Below are positions 58,801 through 64,000 of a DNA stretch of 64,000 nt, in pieces. The notes beneath the pieces are model-generated. The model had not been told where the DNA came from and did no database searches. It saw nothing but the letters and a program-made list of their open reading frames with translations. The position numbers were made by a program, and so were the translations under genes. Positions within the stretch are counted from its first letter, which is position 1; each line of letters begins with the position of its first letter. Source of the stretch: a virus. Its lineage: Duplodnaviria > Caudoviricetes. The DNA is taken from the IMG/VR virus record IMGVR_UViG_3300042905_004154, positions 1,217 through 65,216 of that record; one strand, 5' to 3'.

Positions 58801-59745
58801 TCTTGTGCTCCTCGTTCCAATGCTGTCGCCACAGGGTTCCCACGAGAAAGATCAGCGCCTCCGCGCTCGCACACTCCGCTACCGAGCGGCTCGTGACCAC
58901 GGCGGTCGCGCAGTACGGGCAGAGCCACGCATCGCCCGTGACGTTTCGCTTCAGGTATTGGAGCGCCCGGTGGTCGCCAGGATTGAACGCGCCCCGCACG
59001 ATGCCAGACGGGTCACCCACCTTCCACCTCCACGACTGTTCCGTCTGCCAGCGTCACCACATCCCCAGCGATCAGCGCCCCCAAGGCCATGAGGGGCAGT
59101 ACGACCCGCGGCGGAATGGGCTTCGACGGCGTGATGACTCCCGACGACGGGTGCCGCAGCATGCACGCCACCCACGGCGCGTGAGGAAAGGAGCACCACT
59201 TGCACGCCGTGTGGTCAGCCACGAAGCACCGCAAGCAGAACCATCACCACCCCAAGGATGGGCACCACCACCGACAACCAGAACCACCACCACGGAATCA
59301 CGGGGCCACTACCAGGCGCGCCCATCAGACCCCTCCCTTCGCGAGCAGCGCCAGCACCTTGGACGGACAGAGGTAGTACGGACAGCCGCCCGTCGCGTAG
59401 GGCGTGCCGCAGTGGGGGCAGTGGTAGAGCGTGACGGGGCCGAAGGGGGTCATTCCGACACCTTCCCGCCCATCGCCTTGATCGCGTTCACGGCGGACCT
59501 TCCGTCGATCGTCACGACAAGATGCTGCCATCCGCCGTACCCGTCCTTCTCGGACACGCCCTCTGCGCCGATTCGCGCAGCCAGCAGGCAGGGCAGCGAG
59601 CAGTAGTTATCGTAGTCCGTGTCGCCCTCGATGGTCGAACGCACCTCGATCGGCATCGACGGCGCCTCCGCCGCGCAGTGGTCACAGACGACTATGGACG
59701 ACTGCGCCTTGCCGCAGGCCTTGCATGGATCGACTCTCTTTGTGC

Positions 59746-61449
59746 TCATCCCCGCCTCCAAACCACCACATCCGAGAAGGGGGCTGTGATGGAGGTGATG
59801 CGACCTTCCCACCCCCGATCGTCCCACGCCCACGGCAGCGACGTGACCATGAACGCCCCCTCTCGTGTCGTGCCCACCATCCCGATCTTCGCCTCCGGAG
59901 GATCGCCGCCGACTACGGAGGTGGGCGAGCACTCCGGGCAGTCCGCCTTCAGCGTTCGCGGCCACCCCATGTGGGCGTGCAGAAGGCAGTAGCGGTCGGG
60001 GTCAAGGCAGCCTGGGCAGGTCACGGGAGAGGCGACGGGCGTGTACGGGCCACGAGGAAGGAACCCACACGCCGCCTTCTCCGCGTATGCGCTGGCGAAC
60101 TGGTGGACGACATCGCCGCCCATGGAGTGCCGGAAGTGTGAGCCGCCCGCCACCCGGTCATGGCCAGGCTCCCACCGCAGCCGCTCGTTCCCCGGCTCCG
60201 CCGCGAACGCCACCCACTGCTTGCCCAGCGTCCGGTAGCCGGGCACACCCTCGTGCTCCGAGTAGCCCCACACCACCCCGCCGGCCGTGACCTTGACGTA
60301 GAGGTCGCCCACCTGGTTGCTGCTGTACACGCGGTAGAAGCCGGGGGAGGGGGCGACGGAGGCCATGCCGTGACTCAGCCCGCCCACCCCCATCGGCCAC
60401 GAGGTGCGCCTCAACTCCACACCGTCGTCGCGAATGCAGCGGCCGCTCGCCGTCTCCACCCCCGTCACGGTGCCGCGCATCGCGGACGACGTGCCCAGAG
60501 ACGATGCCGGAGAACCCACCTCCCGTCGCAACTTCTCCGAGAACAGGTCGAGCGCCCGCTCGCCCGCGCGCTGCTCCTCGTCCGACCAACCCGGAGAGAA
60601 CGGATCGAAGTCACCCGCGAGCACCGCCGCCCACTCCATCGCCTTGTCGTGACCGCGCTTCTCGGCCGACTTCTCGCGGCGCCCGCCTTCTTCCCACGCT
60701 GCGTCGTGCGCCGCCGACCACGCCTCACTCGTGCCCAACCGCTGATTCAACACCGCCAGCGTCGCCGCATGAGCATCGTACTTCGCCGCCTCGAAGTCCT
60801 CCAGCGACACCCCGATCCGCTTCCGCACCGCGTCCATGCAGCGGCGCAGCGCGAGCACGTCGCCGTAGGATGCCGACCATCCGTAGTCGCCCGGCTTGAC
60901 CTCCTGCTCCACGCCGCCGTCCATCGCGGCGACGCCACAACCGGCGAGTTGAACCTGCAACTGCTCCGCTTCCGCCTTCCACTTCTGCGACGCCTCGACA
61001 TACCTCCCCACCATCGAATCCGCCGGCTCGTTGTCCACCCCACACCCGAGCAGCGGCGCGAGCTGGCGGCGGATGCTCAGCGACGAAGCCTTCGCGTCCT
61101 GCAACTCCTGGCGTAGCGAGTGGAGTTGCTGGGCGATGTCCTTGCCGGCGTTGAAGCCCAGCACATATGCGCGCGAGTGTCCGTGACCGTCCGGCAGTCG
61201 GCCACCCATGCCGCCCGCATGGAACCCGCGCGCACACTCGGCGTCACCCAGAATCTGCGCCCGCAACCTCACCCCCTCCTCCCGCCCCTTCTCAATCGCC
61301 TCGCACGTCGTCTCCGGCGCAGGCTCACCCGCGAGGCCGGAGCGCAGCCCGCTCAACTCCATCTCCACCTCGCCAAGACGACGCGCCGCCTCGCGACCAC
61401 CATCCGCCGCGACCTGAAGCCGCGCTACCTCATCGAGAATGCTCATCAC
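59746..61449 (-). CDS. Large mosaic hypothetical coiled-coil protein
   Basis: 567 aa, GC3-biased; QLAGCGVAA...YGWSASY segment; C-terminal CxxC. Confidence 0.65.
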   Translation of the reverse strand: MMSILDEVARLQVAADGGREAARRLGEVEMELSGLRSGLAGEPAPETTCEAIEKGREEGVRLRAQILGDAECARGFHAGGMGGRLPDGHGHSRAYVLGFNAGKDIAQQLHSLRQELQDAKASSLSIRRQLAPLLGCGVDNEPADSMVGRYVEASQKWKAEAEQLQVQLAGCGVAAMDGGVEQEVKPGDYGWSASYGDVLALRRCMDAVRKRIGVSLEDFEAAKYDAHAATLAVLNQRLGTSEAWSAAHDAAWEEGGRREKSAEKRGHDKAMEWAAVLAGDFDPFSPGWSDEEQRAGERALDLFSEKLRREVGSPASSLGTSSAMRGTVTGVETASGRCIRDDGVELRRTSWPMGVGGLSHGMASVAPSPGFYRVYSSNQVGDLYVKVTAGGVVWGYSEHEGVPGYRTLGKQWVAFAAEPGNERLRWEPGHDRVAGGSHFRHSMGGDVVHQFASAYAEKAACGFLPRGPYTPVASPVTCPGCLDPDRYCLLHAHMGWPRTLKADCPECSPTSVVGGDPPEAKIGMVGTTREGAFMVTSLPWAWDDRGWEGRITSITAPFSDVVVWRRG

Positions 61450-62536
61450 TACTCCACAGGTTCAGGCTTCATTGTCTTCGCCATCGCACGCCACGCATCG
61501 CACTCCTGCCGCCACATGTCCCGATCCAGCCGGTAGTGAACCGCCGCCACGGCAAGCGCGCAGGTGGTGAGGAAGAAGAAGGCGGTCATGCCCGCACCCG
61601 GACGACGTCGAGCCGCGACGTGTCGAGGGCGCCAGCCAGCACCTCCAACTCCACCACATGCTCCCCCGCCTCGGCCGGAACGAAGATCGTTGACCACGAC
61701 CCCGTGCCATCCAGCGTGAACACGATCCGCGTCGTCGGCTTCGGCTCGCCGTCCACCACCAGGCGCACGTCCAGTCCTGCGCGACCGCCGACTCGGACGG
61801 AGACGACCAGCGCATCGCCGAGGGCGGTGACCGCACGAACAGGCGAGCACAGACCCGACTTGTCGATGTTGAGATCAGACACCACGCACCCGGCAGTTGC
61901 AGTACGCCGCCTCAACCGCGCGGATAGCCTCGCGGAGAGTAGGCCGCCGCGCCACCACCACGCCGTCAAGCACCGCCTCAAACACCCCGATGTCCACCAG
62001 CGCGTGAACGTACAGGATCGCCTTGAACTCAGGTTCGTTCTCGCAGATGGGGCGATCCCACTTGACGGGCCGGCACCACTCCGACTCAAACTTGGTCGAG
62101 GGCGCCCACCCTTCGGGCAACGCAGGCTCAGGTAGGCGGTGAAGGTCAGCCATCGGCCACACACGAAGCCGTCCACCCGCGGCCACGCTGGTGTTCCCCG
62201 GCCGGGCACGTCGGCCACGTTCCGACCCATAGGAGGAACGCGAGGACGACGGCAAACACGAAGAGCGCGGCGCCGAAGAGGAAGATGCGATCAGCCACCA
62301 CGCACCTCCTTCGCCTTCTTGAACGCATCCAGCAGCGGACTCGACCGCGAGAACGACTCCGTGATCCTCCGCCGCACCTCGGCCACGTACTCCGGGTGCG
62401 CGTCCAGCCAGCGGTTCGCCTCCTCCTGCTCCTCGACCGTGAGCGGGGGATCGTCTACGATGATGCTCGGCTCAGACACCACGCACCTCCCTCGGGATCA
62501 ACAGCCACGATGCCGTGATGAAGCTCGGACCAGACA

Positions 62537-63025
62537 TCACGCCTTCCCCGTGAGCAGGAACCGCTCCATCCGGTCGCCCATCTCATCCATCGCCAGCACC
62601 GCGCGCTTTCCGATGTAGTCCGCGATGTTCGTCGGCTTGCACGTCCGAAGCCGTTCGCGCTCGGCCGCCGCCTCCCTATCGTGCGCCTCCCCTACGGCTA
62701 CGTCCTCCGGGCGATCCTCCAACATGTAGTCGCCGAACGTGTGCCCCGCGGCGGTAAGCGCGCCCGCCCACTCCTCGCGTTCCTTCTCGCCAACCGACCA
62801 CTTCGACGGAGCCAGAATCCACGGCGAACGGATCGACGTGCCGTACTCCAGCACCCCGCGGTCGCACAACCGTCCCGCCTTCGCGATCAGCAGGCGCTCG
62901 GGGAAGGGCAGGCGGGTATACCAGCGCTCGCCATACTCGCGACGAACGGACGCACGATGGTCCTCTGCAATGGCAAGAAGAAGGTCGGCCGACGGAACAT
63001 CCTTCGTTTGAAGACGATTCTTCAC
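62537..63025 (-). CDS. Hypothetical protein (winged-helix-like)
   Basis: PERLLIAKAGRLCDRGVLEYGTS. Confidence 0.5.
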   Translation of the reverse strand: MKNRLQTKDVPSADLLLAIAEDHRASVRREYGERWYTRLPFPERLLIAKAGRLCDRGVLEYGTSIRSPWILAPSKWSVGEKEREEWAGALTAAGHTFGDYMLEDRPEDVAVGEAHDREAAAERERLRTCKPTNIADYIGKRAVLAMDEMGDRMERFLLTGKA

Positions 63026-63204
63026 TCGCGCACCTCCCTATCCGGCCCCAACGCCACCAGCCCCGCGCCCACCACCTCCCGCCACACCTCCGCCAGCGTC
63101 ACGCGACGATGCGGATTTACCTTCTGCCGCTCGTCCTGAAGCAGCAGCACACGATCGTGCATCTCGCGCGGAACCTCGAAGTGAGCCACAGGGAGCTTGT
63201 CCAT
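63022..63204 (-). CDS. Small RHH-like regulator, probably leaderless
   Basis: AHFEVPREMHDRV...TLAEVWREVV; TTGACA-17-TAGCAT-6 nt-ATG. Confidence 0.6.
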   Translation of the reverse strand: MDKLPVAHFEVPREMHDRVLLLQDERQKVNPHRRVTLAEVWREVVGAGLVALGPDREVRE

Positions 63205-63210
63205 GCTTCG

Positions 63211-63239
63211 ATGCTATCGAACGCTTCACCGTGTGTCAA
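63211..63239 (-). promoter_or_regulatory. sigma70-type promoter
   Basis: TTGACA (63239-63234)-17-TAGCAT. Confidence 0.7.
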
Positions 63240-63344
63240 GGTGTTTGACGTTGTAGCGGAGGGAGGTGAGGGGAGGAGGGAGATGTTTTTTGGGGAGGGG
63301 GTGGTACCCCAGAACTCAGGACACTCAGACGAAGTGGGGTAGGG

Positions 63345-63700
63345 GGGGTCGACTCGACCGACCGACACGACTCGACCGACACGACCGACCGCAGCGACCG
63401 ACACCGACCGCCCGACCGCCCGCAGTGGGGTGGGCACCTCCCCCCCCTCCCCCTCTCACGCACGACCGACCGACCGCCCGCCTCCGCCGCGCGCCGCCTC
63501 TCCTCCCCCCGTGGCGCCGAACCTCGCCGACCGCCGCGGTGCCGCCCGCCGCCCGCCGCCCGCCGCGGTGCCGACCGGGGGCGCCTCCCCTTGACCGATG
63601 CGCCGGCGCCCGAGGCGGCGCCCCCTCCCCCAGAGCCGACGCCCGACGCCCGACGCCCGACGCCGGCCAGGCGGCGCCCCAGCCCTGGCCCAGCTCGGCG
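63345..63700. repeat. Strand-skewed CGAC/CCGAC/CCCGCCG low-complexity tract
   Basis: Many imperfect CGACC/CGACAC/CCGACGC units; apparently non-coding. Confidence 0.65.
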
Positions 63701-63862
63701 AGCGCAGGCCGGAGAGGCGGCGCCGCCCGTAGCTGCCTCACCTCGAGGGGGCGCCTCACCTCGAGCTCGAGCCGGCGCCCCCACCTGCGCGCCTGTGCAG
63801 TGCCGACCTGCACGCCCGTTCACCCGTCGCAGGGGGTGCCTCTTACTGACAAACGTCAGCGA

Positions 63863-63930
63863 GAAAGTTTCGACTATTTCGCGCAATGTCTTACGCTGGC
63901 CTTGCGGTGTCATACACGGTGGGCTAATGT
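63863..63930 (+). promoter_or_regulatory. Promoter with upstream GAAAGTTTC box
   Basis: TTGCGG (63902-63907)-17-TAATGT; GAAAGTTTC at 63863-63871. Confidence 0.5.
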
Positions 63931-64000
63931 AGTTGTGTCGGGCGGGACAACATCCCCCGCCCGCACCGAGCTCCTCAAATGTCCGCTCCCAGCTCCGCCC

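Overview
The window looks like most or all of a GC-rich, podovirus-type (short-tailed) dsDNA phage genome. I recognise no integrase, DNA polymerase or tape-measure gene. A Myxococcota-like host is weakly suggested by a short-signal Cys-rich lipoprotein. Layout: (1) candidate iteron origin at 1-260; (2) leftward replication operon (RecU-like resolvase, SF2 helicase with a LAGLIDADG intein in Walker A, Zn-finger/TOPRIM primase, P4/D5 helicase); (3) many small accessory genes; (4) rightward recombination operon (AAA ATPase, YqaJ, RecT) and an atypical Dam-like methyltransferase; (5) lysis genes (M15 endolysin, holin-like proteins); (6) leftward morphogenesis block (TerL, portal, scaffold, major capsid, adaptor, nozzle, ejection-type proteins). 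The most notable element is a 3306-aa putative ejection polyvalent protein with four tandem enzyme cassettes: ART-like, HhH-glycosylase-like, zincin HExxH and C5-cytosine MTase. Each cassette is bounded by an L[YF]x motif. A likely overprinted 65-aa gene is nested in the linker after the glycosylase-like cassette. All functional calls come from motif recognition by eye; no database searches were run.
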